A stretch of 64,000 bases of DNA. It comes from Candidatus Hydrogenedentota bacterium. Its GTDB lineage: Bacteria; Hydrogenedentota; Hydrogenedentia; Hydrogenedentales; SLHB01. Where the stretch lies: positions 64,001 through 128,000 of the forward strand of contig BTWA01000003.1 in assembly GCA_045863295.1 (NCBI GenBank). Reading direction: 5' to 3'. A model generated the notes under the pieces. The model worked only from the letters and a program-made list of their open reading frames with translations, had not been told where the DNA came from and ran no database searches. Positions 36,344-46,761 of the stretch are shown one piece after another (position 1 is the stretch's first letter; each line of letters opens with the position of its first letter). The translations under genes and the position numbers were made by a program.

Positions 36344-39019
36344 ATGCCCATGGACGATGCCGCGCTGCTGGAACGGTGGACACGCCGCCGGGATACGGAG
36401 GCGTTCAACGAGATTGTTGAACGGTTCGCGGGACAGGTATTTGGCACGTGCCGACGGGTCTTGAACAACGATGCGGATGCGGAGGAGGTGGCTCAGGAGG
36501 CGTTCTTCGCGTTGGCGCGATGTCCGGCGGACGTTCGTACATCGTTGGGTGGATGGCTGCATCGGGTGGCGACGTACAAAAGCAGGGATCGCATTCGCGG
36601 TGAAGTGCGGCGGCGGCATCGGGAATTTGTCTATGGCCAATCAATGCCTGCGTCGGTGGAACCGCGGTGGAACGACATACGCGAGTATGTAGATGAGGCG
36701 ATCGAAGCGATCCCGGAGGAGTTGCGCGATGCCGTTGTCGCTCACTTTCTGGGGCGGAAGGCGCACGCGGAAATCGCGGCCGAACTGGGTCTTACGCGCC
36801 GCGCGGTGTCGTACCGGATTGAGCGCGGGCTTGAGGCCGTGCGCGGCGAACTCCGGCGGCGAGGCGTGGCGGTGTCCGCGGCCGCGCTTGGAACCTCGCT
36901 CGCTTCGGACGTATCCGCAGCCCCACTTTCCTTAAAGGCTTCACTGGGAAAACTTGCCATCGCCGCCGGAACGACTTCCGGAGCAGGCGGGTCCACCGCC
37001 ATCAGCAGCATGCTGGGGAGCCTCTTGGTCATGAAGACAAAGACATTGCTAGTTGCAGGGATCATGGTCGCCATTGCGGCCGGCCTTTATTACGCGATTT
37101 CGCGCGGCGGGGACACCGCGCCGGACTGGAGCCACGTTCCTGAAGTCAAAGGGGTGTCAAGCACTTTGGCGGATGGCCCCACTTCCGTGGTGGCGCCTCC
37201 ACCCAAGACCCGGGTGGAAATTGTCCCTGCGGTGGAAACGCCTACATTGGACACGTTGCTCGCACTTTCGCGACTGGAATTGGAGCGCGAATCGGATCGG
37301 TATCCGCTCATTACGGATCCTTCCCAGTATGCCTCGGTCTCGGGCACGGTAATCGACGGGGACGGCTATCCCGTGCCCGATGCGACGATAGCGCTAGTGC
37401 CGACACACGCGTGGGGCCAACTGCCGGATTCTGAAGACATTGCACACACGGCGGCCAGCGGCGCAGACGGCGTCTATCGCATCGAATCCATCAGGCGCAC
37501 GGGGGATTTTCGCGTCGTCGCTACGAAGCCCGGCTTTGAGTCGGAAGCGGTGTACACCGCGGTCCAAGCGGGGAAGGACGCGATTGTCGACATAACGATG
37601 AAGGGTGGATTTAGCATCCAGGGACGCGTCGTGACGGCGACGGGAGGGCCTGTTCCGGGTGCATATCTCTATTGCATTGGCCTGACGGGCCCGAGAGATC
37701 TCGTCCACGATCTGACTCGCGCCACGCAAACCGATGGCGAAGGGTACTTCTCTTTTGGTTTCAAAGAGGATCAGGTGGGGTTGGTGGCGGCGTTCCGCGT
37801 TCAATCCGCGAAACACGGCGACCGCACGTTCCCGGACATCCTCATTCAAAATAATTCCCTGATCGAGCTGCGCCTGGAGCCGCCCGCCGTCATCCGCGGC
37901 ACGGTACGAGACAGTTCGGACAAGCCCTTGTCGGGCGCGCGGCTGACGTTTTACGCGGCAAAGTCCATTGATGTCGAGCGTGCCGACGGCGAGATTTGGG
38001 CCAGTCCCTCGTACGCAGGTAGTTTTTTGGCGGTCAGCGACGGGTCTGGCCGCTATGCGACGGAAGTGGACACCGGCATGGAGTTTCATGTCAATGTTGA
38101 AGTGCATGGGTTTGATGATGGCCGCGAACGAATGGAGATAATCAAGGCATTGGCTGCGGGCGAAACGCGGGAGTATAACCCCGTGTTCAACACGGACACC
38201 ATTGCGGTTCATGCTGCGTTCGTCGGTCAAGAGTCCGGCCAACCGCTGACACAGTACGTTCCCATCGAGGCCTTCGCGATTTATGAGGGGAAGACCGTGG
38301 CGAAAGGCCAACAGGACGGACTTTTCGCGGCCCGGTTCACGTTGCCGGGCGCCAAGGGGGCCTATTCCTTCCAAGCGCGGTATATGTACGATGCGGACGT
38401 GGCGGGCGATATTTCAGCGGTGTATGAGTTGGAGGGCGGCGACGAGATCGAGATTGAATTGAATGTCCCCGATCCGCAGCGTTTTGAAGTACGCGTCGTG
38501 GACCCCAACGGCAGTCCTGTGGAAGGCGCGCGCATACGGTTTCAGACGGAAACATGGGGAGGCAACGCAATCAGTTACGGCCAGACCAACGCCGATGGCC
38601 GCCTTAGCGAGCCCATTCTGCTTGCGCCGATGAGCGGAGCCCGGATGATTGTGGAGAAGCCCGGATATGCGCTGGCTTTTGGGCAACCTTTCTCGGAACA
38701 AAGTCCGGGAACGGTGCATCCCGAGGAAACCGTTGTGCTCTGGCCGGGGGCGGGCTTCGAGGGAGTGTTGCTGGATAGCGCAAAACAACCGCTCGCGAAC
38801 ACGGCGATTGCCATTTCCGTGACCAATCGCGAAGGCCAGGAATGGCCTCTGCATGCGGCGACCGATTCAGCCGGGCATTTTACGATCGTGAGCGAGGCGC
38901 CGGCCGATGTGGTGGATATAGCCGTCTTTGCCGGCGACGGGGCCGGAACAAGCGTCGCTCAACAGATGCAACTGGAGGCCAACGCAATTGCGTGGCTTGG
39001 GGAGTTTACGTTGGAGTGA
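36344..39019 (+). CDS. ECF sigma factor fused to a TM helix and extracytoplasmic carboxypeptidase-regulatory-like (beta-sandwich) repeats
   Basis: DAEEVAQEAF, GGWLHRVA and EIAAELGL sigma motifs; TM near aa 235-255; repeated SG.V.D..G.PV..A.I motifs. Confidence 0.8.
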   Translation: MPMDDAALLERWTRRRDTEAFNEIVERFAGQVFGTCRRVLNNDADAEEVAQEAFFALARCPADVRTSLGGWLHRVATYKSRDRIRGEVRRRHREFVYGQSMPASVEPRWNDIREYVDEAIEAIPEELRDAVVAHFLGRKAHAEIAAELGLTRRAVSYRIERGLEAVRGELRRRGVAVSAAALGTSLASDVSAAPLSLKASLGKLAIAAGTTSGAGGSTAISSMLGSLLVMKTKTLLVAGIMVAIAAGLYYAISRGGDTAPDWSHVPEVKGVSSTLADGPTSVVAPPPKTRVEIVPAVETPTLDTLLALSRLELERESDRYPLITDPSQYASVSGTVIDGDGYPVPDATIALVPTHAWGQLPDSEDIAHTAASGADGVYRIESIRRTGDFRVVATKPGFESEAVYTAVQAGKDAIVDITMKGGFSIQGRVVTATGGPVPGAYLYCIGLTGPRDLVHDLTRATQTDGEGYFSFGFKEDQVGLVAAFRVQSAKHGDRTFPDILIQNNSLIELRLEPPAVIRGTVRDSSDKPLSGARLTFYAAKSIDVERADGEIWASPSYAGSFLAVSDGSGRYATEVDTGMEFHVNVEVHGFDDGRERMEIIKALAAGETREYNPVFNTDTIAVHAAFVGQESGQPLTQYVPIEAFAIYEGKTVAKGQQDGLFAARFTLPGAKGAYSFQARYMYDADVAGDISAVYELEGGDEIEIELNVPDPQRFEVRVVDPNGSPVEGARIRFQTETWGGNAISYGQTNADGRLSEPILLAPMSGARMIVEKPGYALAFGQPFSEQSPGTVHPEETVVLWPGAGFEGVLLDSAKQPLANTAIAISVTNREGQEWPLHAATDSAGHFTIVSEAPADVVDIAVFAGDGAGTSVAQQMQLEANAIAWLGEFTLE

Positions 39020-39130
39020 GGCACGCAGGTGGACGTGGGCGATGAATGAAGATTGCCCGGCGAACCCGCCGGCAGATATCGATTGAAGAAACGATCTTCA
39101 TGAATGACTATCTCTGGGACTTTGCGCAAC

Positions 39131-40927
39131 TCATTTCTCGATCACGAATTCGTCTTTCAGGTTGCCGTCGATGTCGAAGGCTTTGTAGACAAGGCGGTCT
39201 CCCATGATTTGAATGTCGAGCGTGTGGTAGAGGGAGATGTTGGTCAGCCCGAACTCCTTGTAGTCGAAGTCTCCCTGATCGTAGAACTTGGTGCCGGATA
39301 CGGACACGATATAAATGGTGCCTTCGGCAGCGGACCCCACTCGCTGTTCGCCCTTCATGGGATACGTTCGCAAATAGGCGTGGTCGTGGCCTTGCAGAGC
39401 GAGGTCCACGTGATACTTGTCAAAGATGGAACCCCAAATCTTACGAACCTCCGGATTGTCTCTTTCAGGGCCGGAAGAGTAAGCGGGATGGTGATAGCAA
39501 ACGAACTTCCATGTCGCCGTCGAATTGGCAAGGATGTCGTCCAGCCATGGGGCCTGGGTTTCCGCCGGGAGGTTGGAATCGAGCACGACAAAGAGCGCAT
39601 TGCTGTAATTGAACCAGTACGCCTTTTCGGGGGCGATTTCCTTGGGGCCGTGTTCGGGCAATTTGAACTGCTTTAAATACAGTTCGGGTTCGCCGCCCTG
39701 GTATTCGTGGTTGCCGAGCACTGGGACCAATTGGCGCTTGTCGAAGACGCCTTGCGCATTTTCGAAGAACATATCCCAATCATCGCGTTCGGCACCTCGA
39801 TTCACGAGATCGCCCGCCATGATATAGAAAGCGGCGTCGGGGCGTTTGTTGTAGGCGTTGTGCACGAGCGTGCCCCATCGTTCGAGTCCGTTCTGGGCGT
39901 CGCCCATGTAGACGAACGAGAACGGCTCTATGCCTTCGGGGGCGGTGGTGAATTCGTTGTACTCGGTCCACCCTTTTTCGGTGCCATCGCCGACGGCGTA
40001 TAAGTAGGTGGTTTCAGGTTCGAGGCCGAGCAGTACCGCGGTGTGGCGGTTAACGACGGGGTTGTTGACGACGTTGGGGGTTTCCAGTTTTTCCGTCTGC
40101 GCAGCCACGATTACGGGCTTGCCCGGATTGACGGTTTTGAAGTCGGCCTTCTTGATATAGGCCACGGCCCCTTTATGCACGTTTTCGCTGGTGCGCCATT
40201 GAATGGCCTGGGTTGTTTTCGGGTCGTCGCTCCAGGTGAGCACGATGTGGTCTGGGCGGTCGGACGCTGGGTATTCGGTATACCGGAACAGGTTGACCAA
40301 TTGAGCGTCACGCCGTTTGGCATAAGCGCCTCGCAGAAGGACAGCGCCCTCCAAGTCGGCCGGGATCTCGGTGATTGCGGTCTCGCCGTCACCGAACGCC
40401 GAGGTGCCTTTTTCGAGGATGCCGGTGGTATGAACGGCCGGGTAGACTTCGGTGACCTCGATGGTAGCCCCGGATTGCAGTGGCTTCATGGCGACGAAAT
40501 AGTGATCGCCCCCTCCGGACAACGAATTGACGCCAAGACCGATGGCACCGGGATCAAAGTTCTTCTTCCACACGTCAAAGGGCCGGCGGCCGACCATGAC
40601 CTTCATGCCGGTCCGCTCAAAGTTCCGTTCCTTTAGCCAATAGGGTTCTTCCCCGAGGCGTTCGTCTCGCATCACATACAGTGTGACTGACTGATTCACC
40701 CGGAACGAAATGTGGTGGTTGGCGAGAATGTCGCGCTCTTCCGGCGTAAGTGCTTCGAGCGCCTGATCGACCGTCAAGCCGGTTAACTGTTCGTGGGTCA
40801 TGGTTTTCGTAAACCGGCTGACGATGCCGGCCACGACGTCGTGGATGGAAGGATGGTCGCCAACATGCGCCCAAGCGCCAATAGTTGCGATGAACAGTCC
40901 GGTAAACACCAGCAGGAAACGCCGCAT
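39131..40927 (-). CDS. Secreted purple acid phosphatase-like metallophosphoesterase
   Basis: Signal peptide, FN3-like PAP N-domain (GLEPETTY.Y.VG), GDAQ, AGDLV, GNHE, HHP and GHDH motifs. Confidence 0.9.
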   Translation of the reverse strand: MRRFLLVFTGLFIATIGAWAHVGDHPSIHDVVAGIVSRFTKTMTHEQLTGLTVDQALEALTPEERDILANHHISFRVNQSVTLYVMRDERLGEEPYWLKERNFERTGMKVMVGRRPFDVWKKNFDPGAIGLGVNSLSGGGDHYFVAMKPLQSGATIEVTEVYPAVHTTGILEKGTSAFGDGETAITEIPADLEGAVLLRGAYAKRRDAQLVNLFRYTEYPASDRPDHIVLTWSDDPKTTQAIQWRTSENVHKGAVAYIKKADFKTVNPGKPVIVAAQTEKLETPNVVNNPVVNRHTAVLLGLEPETTYLYAVGDGTEKGWTEYNEFTTAPEGIEPFSFVYMGDAQNGLERWGTLVHNAYNKRPDAAFYIMAGDLVNRGAERDDWDMFFENAQGVFDKRQLVPVLGNHEYQGGEPELYLKQFKLPEHGPKEIAPEKAYWFNYSNALFVVLDSNLPAETQAPWLDDILANSTATWKFVCYHHPAYSSGPERDNPEVRKIWGSIFDKYHVDLALQGHDHAYLRTYPMKGEQRVGSAAEGTIYIVSVSGTKFYDQGDFDYKEFGLTNISLYHTLDIQIMGDRLVYKAFDIDGNLKDEFVIEK

Positions 40928-41065
40928 GATGAACTCCTCGTGCAATTTCAAAGTCAATGCCGTGACACGGATCATTCCACTGTTTTGTTAGTCAAAGGTG
41001 AATCCGCGCCGGAAAAGGGCATGGTACCGGACGGTGCAGGGTTTTGACAAGGCAAGGGCGCCGCG

Positions 41066-42544
41066 TTACCCGCCGATTCGACGCCGCATCATTTGCCGGA
41101 TGGCCATGTAGGGCATGCGCACGCGTCTGGATGCCGTGACGCGACGGGCAAGCCCTGCAGATTCAATTACGAGCGCACGAATAACGACTTTATCTTCGAC
41201 TTCTCCGTCCTCCCGCACCTTCATGAGGCGATGCAGGGCATACATGCCGAGCAAAAACGCGACGACGAACGTGAAGTCGAGTCCGCGCAGGTCGAGGGCG
41301 GCCAGGGAGAACCCGGTTTCGCCCGTGGATCGGTAAGACCAGTCGACGATGAGCTTGAGTTCGTAAGCGTCATACCACTCTGCGGCGGCACCCGCGAGAA
41401 TAGGGGCCGTCATCGCGGCCAAGCCAGTAATAAGCGCATTGACAGCGAGGTAGCTGGTGGCGCGGCCGTGAGGCGCGGACTTCAGTGCGATGTTGCTGGT
41501 GCAAAGCGTCACGCCGGCCTGGGACATGCCGAACAGGACATGGATGAATACGAGCAGCGTCATGGTCAGGGCATGGGGTTCGGGAAGCGTGGTAAACGGC
41601 CAGAGAAGAAAGCTCGTGATGAACAGGGGACCGCACACCAGCAGCACGGATTTGTTGGAGAACATGTCGGCGAACCGGCCCCAGACGCGGTAGAAAACCA
41701 CGTTGGTCAATTGGCCGAGGACGGTTAGCCCGAGGACCCAGGTCATGCTGAGGTGGATACGTTCGATCAAGTAGACGGCAAAGAACGGGACGGCAAAATT
41801 GATGGCGAAGTTCCACCAGCCGAGAAAGACGAGCAGCCGCCGGAACACCGGGTCGTGGAACGGCTGCTTCAGCAGACCGACGAAGTCAACGTCAGGGTTG
41901 GAAACCATGGCGGGTTCGGGCGTCCGCGCGAGTGCGGCCGCGCCGGCCAACCCGGCCACGGATGCAACAAGGAACAGAATATTATAGGGCGTGATGGGAT
42001 CGGAAAAGCGGCCTTGGGCGTAGTCGACAAATATCGCTCCGCCGACGCTGGCCATCGCGCCGAAAAAGGTGGCGACCGCCATACGGACGCCGAAGAAGCG
42101 GTTTACGTCCTGTACGGGGATGACATCCCGAATCCAGGAACTGAAAGCGCAGCCGGCAACGGCCGCGAACACGTAGTGAATGGTCAGGAGTCCGAGCAGC
42201 GCGGTGACCCGGTACTCTGGCGCGACGAGCCAAGGAATGAGTACAACGGGAACCCAAGCCACACGGCTCGCGGCGGCGCTCACAACCACGAGCAGCCGGC
42301 GCATTCGAACCCGCTCCACCAATAGGATGGAGGGGATTTGCGCGATTTGCGACAACGGCATTATGGCGGCGAGCAGGCCGATGACGATGTTGTTGGCGCC
42401 CATGTGCAACGCGTAGGCCACGATAAAGGGTCCGGTGGTCAGCGTGAACATGAGTTGGAAAAACAGGCCGTCGTAGACAAACAGGCGCTTTGCCTGATGC
42501 ACGTCGGCCGTAGTGAGGGATGCACGGGGTCTAAGCCAGTTCAT
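41066..42544 (-). CDS. MFS transporter (start uncertain, could be 42607)
   Basis: About 12 TM helices; WGRFADMFSNK loop motif. Confidence 0.8.
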   Translation of the reverse strand: MNWLRPRASLTTADVHQAKRLFVYDGLFFQLMFTLTTGPFIVAYALHMGANNIVIGLLAAIMPLSQIAQIPSILLVERVRMRRLLVVVSAAASRVAWVPVVLIPWLVAPEYRVTALLGLLTIHYVFAAVAGCAFSSWIRDVIPVQDVNRFFGVRMAVATFFGAMASVGGAIFVDYAQGRFSDPITPYNILFLVASVAGLAGAAALARTPEPAMVSNPDVDFVGLLKQPFHDPVFRRLLVFLGWWNFAINFAVPFFAVYLIERIHLSMTWVLGLTVLGQLTNVVFYRVWGRFADMFSNKSVLLVCGPLFITSFLLWPFTTLPEPHALTMTLLVFIHVLFGMSQAGVTLCTSNIALKSAPHGRATSYLAVNALITGLAAMTAPILAGAAAEWYDAYELKLIVDWSYRSTGETGFSLAALDLRGLDFTFVVAFLLGMYALHRLMKVREDGEVEDKVVIRALVIESAGLARRVTASRRVRMPYMAIRQMMRRRIGG

Positions 42545-42642
42545 TGCGGTGTACTTCGGAAGCCTTTTCAGACCGGGGAACCTGAGGTGAGGCACGGGAC
42601 GGAGCATCTCCACGGGGACGCTCTTCACTTGTCTGTAATCTA

Positions 42643-42670
42643 TTGTATACGAAAAAAGTTTCCTATACAA
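42643..42670. promoter_or_regulatory. Inverted repeat between the divergent MFS and crotonase genes
   Basis: TTGTATA-N14-TATACAA in an AT-rich spacer. Confidence 0.3.
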
Positions 42671-42719
42671 ACCCGAAGGGGGAAAAACACTTCACGCCGC
42701 ATGTGTTATAGTCTTTCGT

Positions 42720-43493
42720 ATGGCAGTGACGATTGAAAAGAGCGGTCCAGTCGCGACGGTAATACTTGATCGACCGGAAGTCCGCAATGCCGTGGACGGC
42801 CAGACCGCCCACGAGTTGGTTACCGCGTTCAAGGCGTTCGAGGCGGATCCGGAAGCGGCCGTCGCGGTGCTGTGGGGCGCGGGAGGCACGTTCTGTTCCG
42901 GCGCGGATCTGAAGGCGTTGGGCAGTGAACGGTCGAACCGCATCGAGCCGGAGGGAGACGGCCCGATGGGGCCGACTCGCTTGGTGTTACACAAGCCGGT
43001 TATCGCGGCGATTTCCGGTTTTGCCGTTGCTGGAGGGCTAGAGTTGGCGCTCTGGTGCGACTTGCGCGTGGCGGAAGACAGCGCGGTTCTGGGCGTGTTC
43101 TGCCGCCGGTGGGGCGTGCCGTTGATCGATGGGGGTACGGTGCGGTTGCCACGAATCGTGGGACTCGGCCGGGCGTTAGACATGATCTTAACGGGACGGC
43201 CGGTGACAGCGCGCGAGGCACATGGCATGGGTCTGGTGAACCGCGTTGTGCCGGACGGAGAGGCGCGTCAGGCAGCGGAATCGCTCGCCTATGAAATCGC
43301 GCAGTTCCCCGAAGTGTGCATGCGGAATGATCGTTTGTCCGCCTATGAGCAAGCGGACAAGGCGCTTGGGGAAGCGTTGGCCAACGAGTTTCTCCGGGGG
43401 ATGGATACGCTTCGGACGGGTTCGCTTGAAGGGGTAACCCGTTTCAAGTCCGGTGAAGGCCGGCACGGCCAATTCAGCCAGCCCGATGCCTAG
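42720..43493 (+). CDS. Enoyl-CoA hydratase/crotonase family protein
   Basis: RPEVRNAVD, FCSGADL, KPVIAAISGFAVAGGLELAL and GVPLIDGGT motifs. Confidence 0.9.
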   Translation: MAVTIEKSGPVATVILDRPEVRNAVDGQTAHELVTAFKAFEADPEAAVAVLWGAGGTFCSGADLKALGSERSNRIEPEGDGPMGPTRLVLHKPVIAAISGFAVAGGLELALWCDLRVAEDSAVLGVFCRRWGVPLIDGGTVRLPRIVGLGRALDMILTGRPVTAREAHGMGLVNRVVPDGEARQAAESLAYEIAQFPEVCMRNDRLSAYEQADKALGEALANEFLRGMDTLRTGSLEGVTRFKSGEGRHGQFSQPDA

Positions 43494-43517
43494 TCCAGCC
43501 GGGGAGTAGCTTTCTCG

Positions 43518-45506
43518 ATGCCTTCTCATGGCCCGGAATTCATGACGCAAATCGTGGTGTTGTTTGGTACGGCACTGGTCACCGCGTGGTTATTCCGGCT
43601 CGTACATGCGCCATCGATCATCGGATATTTGTTTACCGGGATCGTGTTGGGGCCATCTGCGCTTGGGTTAATTACCTCGGACGGAGTGGGCGAACTTTCC
43701 GAGATTGGTCTGATCCTGCTCTTGTTCATCGTGGGACTGGAACTGTCTCCCAGACCGCTTGTGCGGCTTGGCGCGTCTATCTTAGTTGCCACGGGCCTCC
43801 AAATCGGGATTACGGCGGGCGGTGCAGGAGCCGTGGCGTGGGGACTTGGGGGCTTGTCTCCGTCGGCTTCGCTGATTGTGGGGATAGTGGTTGCGCTGAG
43901 CAGCACGGCCATTGTGCTGAAACAACTGAGCGACCGGGGCGAAACGAACACGGTGAATGGGATCATCACGACGGCGATCCTGCTTCTCCAAGACATCATC
44001 GTAATTGTGGTTATGTTGTTCGTGCCGTTGCTCGCCGCGGCGGGCAGTGGCAATCTGGGCGAGACTCTGGGAACGACCCTTATATCGTTGGCCGGGGTAG
44101 TGGCCGCCGCGTTGGGCGCGCGCAAGGTGCTCCCTTTGTTCTTGAACAAGGTGGTGCGTTCGGGTGGTTCGGAGTTGATGGCGCTTTTTGCCGTGATGAT
44201 GGCATTCGGGGGCGCGTGGCTGGGAGGTTTGGCGGGTTGGTCGCCCGCGCTTGGTGCGTGTGTGGCGGGGCTGCTGCTTGCGGAGGCCGATGAGCGCCAC
44301 CAGTTGGCGGCGGATATCATGCCGTTCCGGGATGTATTCAACGCCATCTTCTTTATCACGCTTGGGGTAATGGTGGATGTGCACCTGGTTCTCCCCCACC
44401 TTGGCCTGCTCGCGATCGCGGTGTTGGCCACGCTTGCGGCAAAGACAATCATCACGACATTCGCGGTAATGGCCTGCCGGTGGCCGTTGCGGCCGGCGTT
44501 GCAGGTTGGGTTGGGGCTATGCACGGTCAGCGAATTTGGGTACGTGCTTGCGAACGAGGCGGCCAAAGCGGGTGTATTGCCCGAGGGCGTTCTGGAGATC
44601 GTCATTGCGTACGCAGTCGGCACGATGATGATCGGAGCGGCTTTGGTGCCCCTGTCGGGGCCGGTCGCGGAAGCCATCGCAAACCGGTTGCCGGGCAAGA
44701 CCAGAGAGCCGGATCGGGAAGATTCGCTCGCGGCCACATCCCAGTCGCACCACGTCATCATCGTAGGTTACGGCCTGACCGGCGAGAACATGCACAAAGT
44801 GTTGGCGGCCACGCGCATACCTCATTGCGTGATCGAGATGAATGCCCGGCTCATCGCGGAAGCGCGTGCGGATGGCGCGGACGTTATTATGGGGGATGCG
44901 TCGCGGATGGCCATTTTACGGCATGCGGGTATTGGCCACGCGCATGCGATGGTCATTGCGATCAATGACCCGCAAGGCACGCGAAGCATAGTCGCCAAGG
45001 CGCGTACGACGCGGCCGGACATTTTTATCCTTGCCCGAACGCGGTTTGTGGAGGAACTGGATGGCCTGTACCGGTTGGGCGCGAATCAGGTGATACCGGA
45101 GGACTTTGAGACGTCGGTGGAAATTGCCGCGAACATCCTTAAGGAAATGGACATACCGGACAATATCGTGGACGCGCAGATCGCGGCGATTCGGGCGGGA
45201 CGTTATGGGATGTTGCGCGGTCTTGCTTCCGATCGCAACGCACAAGAAGAGCTGATTCGCGTGTTGAACCTAACGGCGACACGTTCCCACTATCTTCAAG
45301 AGGGAAAGGCGGCCTGTGGCAATTCGATCCTGAGTCTCAACTTGCGTGCGGTTACAGGCGTGACCATCATTGCGATCATGCGCGGGAGCAAGCCCATTAT
45401 CAGTCCGGATCCGGACTTTGTACTTACCGCGGGCGACGTGCTCATCATGGTGGGATCTCATGCGCAACTGGAGGCGGCGAAAGTGTTCTTGGAGTCTCCG
45501 GCTTAG
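43518..45506 (+). CDS. CPA2 (Kef-type) cation:proton antiporter with TrkA-N and TrkA-C domains
   Basis: LLFIVGLE, LSSTAIV, LLLQD, SEF, IIVGYG and a C-terminal RCK-C domain. Confidence 0.9.
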   Translation: MPSHGPEFMTQIVVLFGTALVTAWLFRLVHAPSIIGYLFTGIVLGPSALGLITSDGVGELSEIGLILLLFIVGLELSPRPLVRLGASILVATGLQIGITAGGAGAVAWGLGGLSPSASLIVGIVVALSSTAIVLKQLSDRGETNTVNGIITTAILLLQDIIVIVVMLFVPLLAAAGSGNLGETLGTTLISLAGVVAAALGARKVLPLFLNKVVRSGGSELMALFAVMMAFGGAWLGGLAGWSPALGACVAGLLLAEADERHQLAADIMPFRDVFNAIFFITLGVMVDVHLVLPHLGLLAIAVLATLAAKTIITTFAVMACRWPLRPALQVGLGLCTVSEFGYVLANEAAKAGVLPEGVLEIVIAYAVGTMMIGAALVPLSGPVAEAIANRLPGKTREPDREDSLAATSQSHHVIIVGYGLTGENMHKVLAATRIPHCVIEMNARLIAEARADGADVIMGDASRMAILRHAGIGHAHAMVIAINDPQGTRSIVAKARTTRPDIFILARTRFVEELDGLYRLGANQVIPEDFETSVEIAANILKEMDIPDNIVDAQIAAIRAGRYGMLRGLASDRNAQEELIRVLNLTATRSHYLQEGKAACGNSILSLNLRAVTGVTIIAIMRGSKPIISPDPDFVLTAGDVLIMVGSHAQLEAAKVFLESPA

Positions 45507-45756
45507 CCCGGATATTTCACGACTTTGTCCAATTAACTGTGTACCAACAATTCAACCGGCCTGTTACCAAAACTGGCGCACTTACAGTATGCAGGTGAAA
45601 TATCCTCAGCGTTTCAAGCTTAAGGAATTCTGTGTGAGCATTTTGCACCACGGAGACTGTACTTCAGTCTTCCACGGAGACTGTACTTCAGTCTTCCACG
45701 GAGACTGTACTTCAGTCTTCCGCGCACGAATTAGGCGTGGTGCAAATTGCGGGTTA
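45504..45756. mobile_element. MITE-like non-autonomous element, copy 1 (253 bp including flanking TA)
   Basis: Near-identical to 58885-59089; imperfect TIRs GCCCGGATATTTCAC / ACCCGCAATTTGCAC flanked by TA. Confidence 0.7.
45648..45721. repeat. Three tandem 24-bp repeats (CCACGGAGACTGTACTTCAGTCTT)
   Basis: Exact head-to-tail copies with no spacers; each unit contains an AGACTG/CAGTCT hairpin. Confidence 0.95.
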
Positions 45757-46731
45757 GGCATTCACCATAACGGCTTTGCCATGGCACGCGCGGTTTTCAA
45801 TGGCTTCAAGTGCCGATGGCAAATCGTCCAGCGGGAATTCCCGATAGATAACGGGTTTGATCTTTCGCTCGTCATAGAGGCGGTACAGAGTATGCTGCGT
45901 GTCCCGAATGCGCGCGGTATCGCGCGTTTGATAGGCCCCCCAATACACGCCGATTACTTCCATATTCTTAAGGAGGACCCGGTTTGCCGGGATAGAGGGA
46001 ATGGTGCCTCCGGCAAATCCGATGACGAGCAAGCGGCCTTCGTGTGCGATACATTTGACGCTTTTTTCCAGGACGTCGCCGCCAACGGGATCGAGGATCA
46101 CGTCCGCGCCATTGCCGCGCGTGATTGCCTTTACTTGACTTACGAAATCGGTGTTTGAGTAGTTGATGACGTGGTCGGCGCCGCATTCGGCGCAGACGCG
46201 GCACTTGTCTTCGTGGCCCGCCGTTGCGATGACGTTGGCGCCGAGGACTTTGCCCAATTGGATGGCTGCCGAACCGACACCGCCCGCACCTCCATGCACG
46301 AGCAGCCACTCCCCTGCTTTCAAGCGGCCGCGATACGCCAATGCGAAGTGCGCGGTTTGGTAGTTTATCGTAAGCGCGGCGGCGTCGACGGCGGTCATGG
46401 CATCGGATATGAGGAAGGTCGTGTCGTCCACGGCAAGCATTTCTTCAGCGAATGCGCCCATGAGGTTGACCGTGACAACGCGATCTCCCGGTTTGAAGCG
46501 GCTTTGACTGCCGCATTCGGTTACGACGCCCGAAGCTTCGCTGCCGGGCACAAACGGCAAGGGCGCCCGCACTTGGTATTGTCCGGCGATGTTTAACAAG
46601 TCAGCAAACATGACGCCCGCCGCCTGTACGGCGATGCGAGTGGTTTCTCCTTCGGGGATGGGCGACGGCTGATCGGACAGTGTCAGGACGCTCTTGTAGT
46701 GGCCGTATTCGGCGACGGTCCATGCGCGCAT
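45754..46731 (-). CDS. NADPH:quinone oxidoreductase (zeta-crystallin/MDR family)
   Basis: GQYQ..PLPFVPGSE, LVHGGAGGVG and GRLLVIGFAGG motifs. Confidence 0.9.
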   Translation of the reverse strand: MRAWTVAEYGHYKSVLTLSDQPSPIPEGETTRIAVQAAGVMFADLLNIAGQYQVRAPLPFVPGSEASGVVTECGSQSRFKPGDRVVTVNLMGAFAEEMLAVDDTTFLISDAMTAVDAAALTINYQTAHFALAYRGRLKAGEWLLVHGGAGGVGSAAIQLGKVLGANVIATAGHEDKCRVCAECGADHVINYSNTDFVSQVKAITRGNGADVILDPVGGDVLEKSVKCIAHEGRLLVIGFAGGTIPSIPANRVLLKNMEVIGVYWGAYQTRDTARIRDTQHTLYRLYDERKIKPVIYREFPLDDLPSALEAIENRACHGKAVMVNA

Positions 46732-46761
46732 TGGGGGGCTCCTTGATTGGATGTAGCCGTT

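Noticed and set aside
45648..45721. CRISPR array
   Set aside because: The 24-bp repeats are head-to-tail with no spacers, and there are no cas genes.
45370..46158. 262-aa ORF with HGDCTSVF repeats
   Set aside because: It reads through the MITE-like element and runs antisense to the quinone oxidoreductase; the repeats reflect the 24-bp DNA unit.
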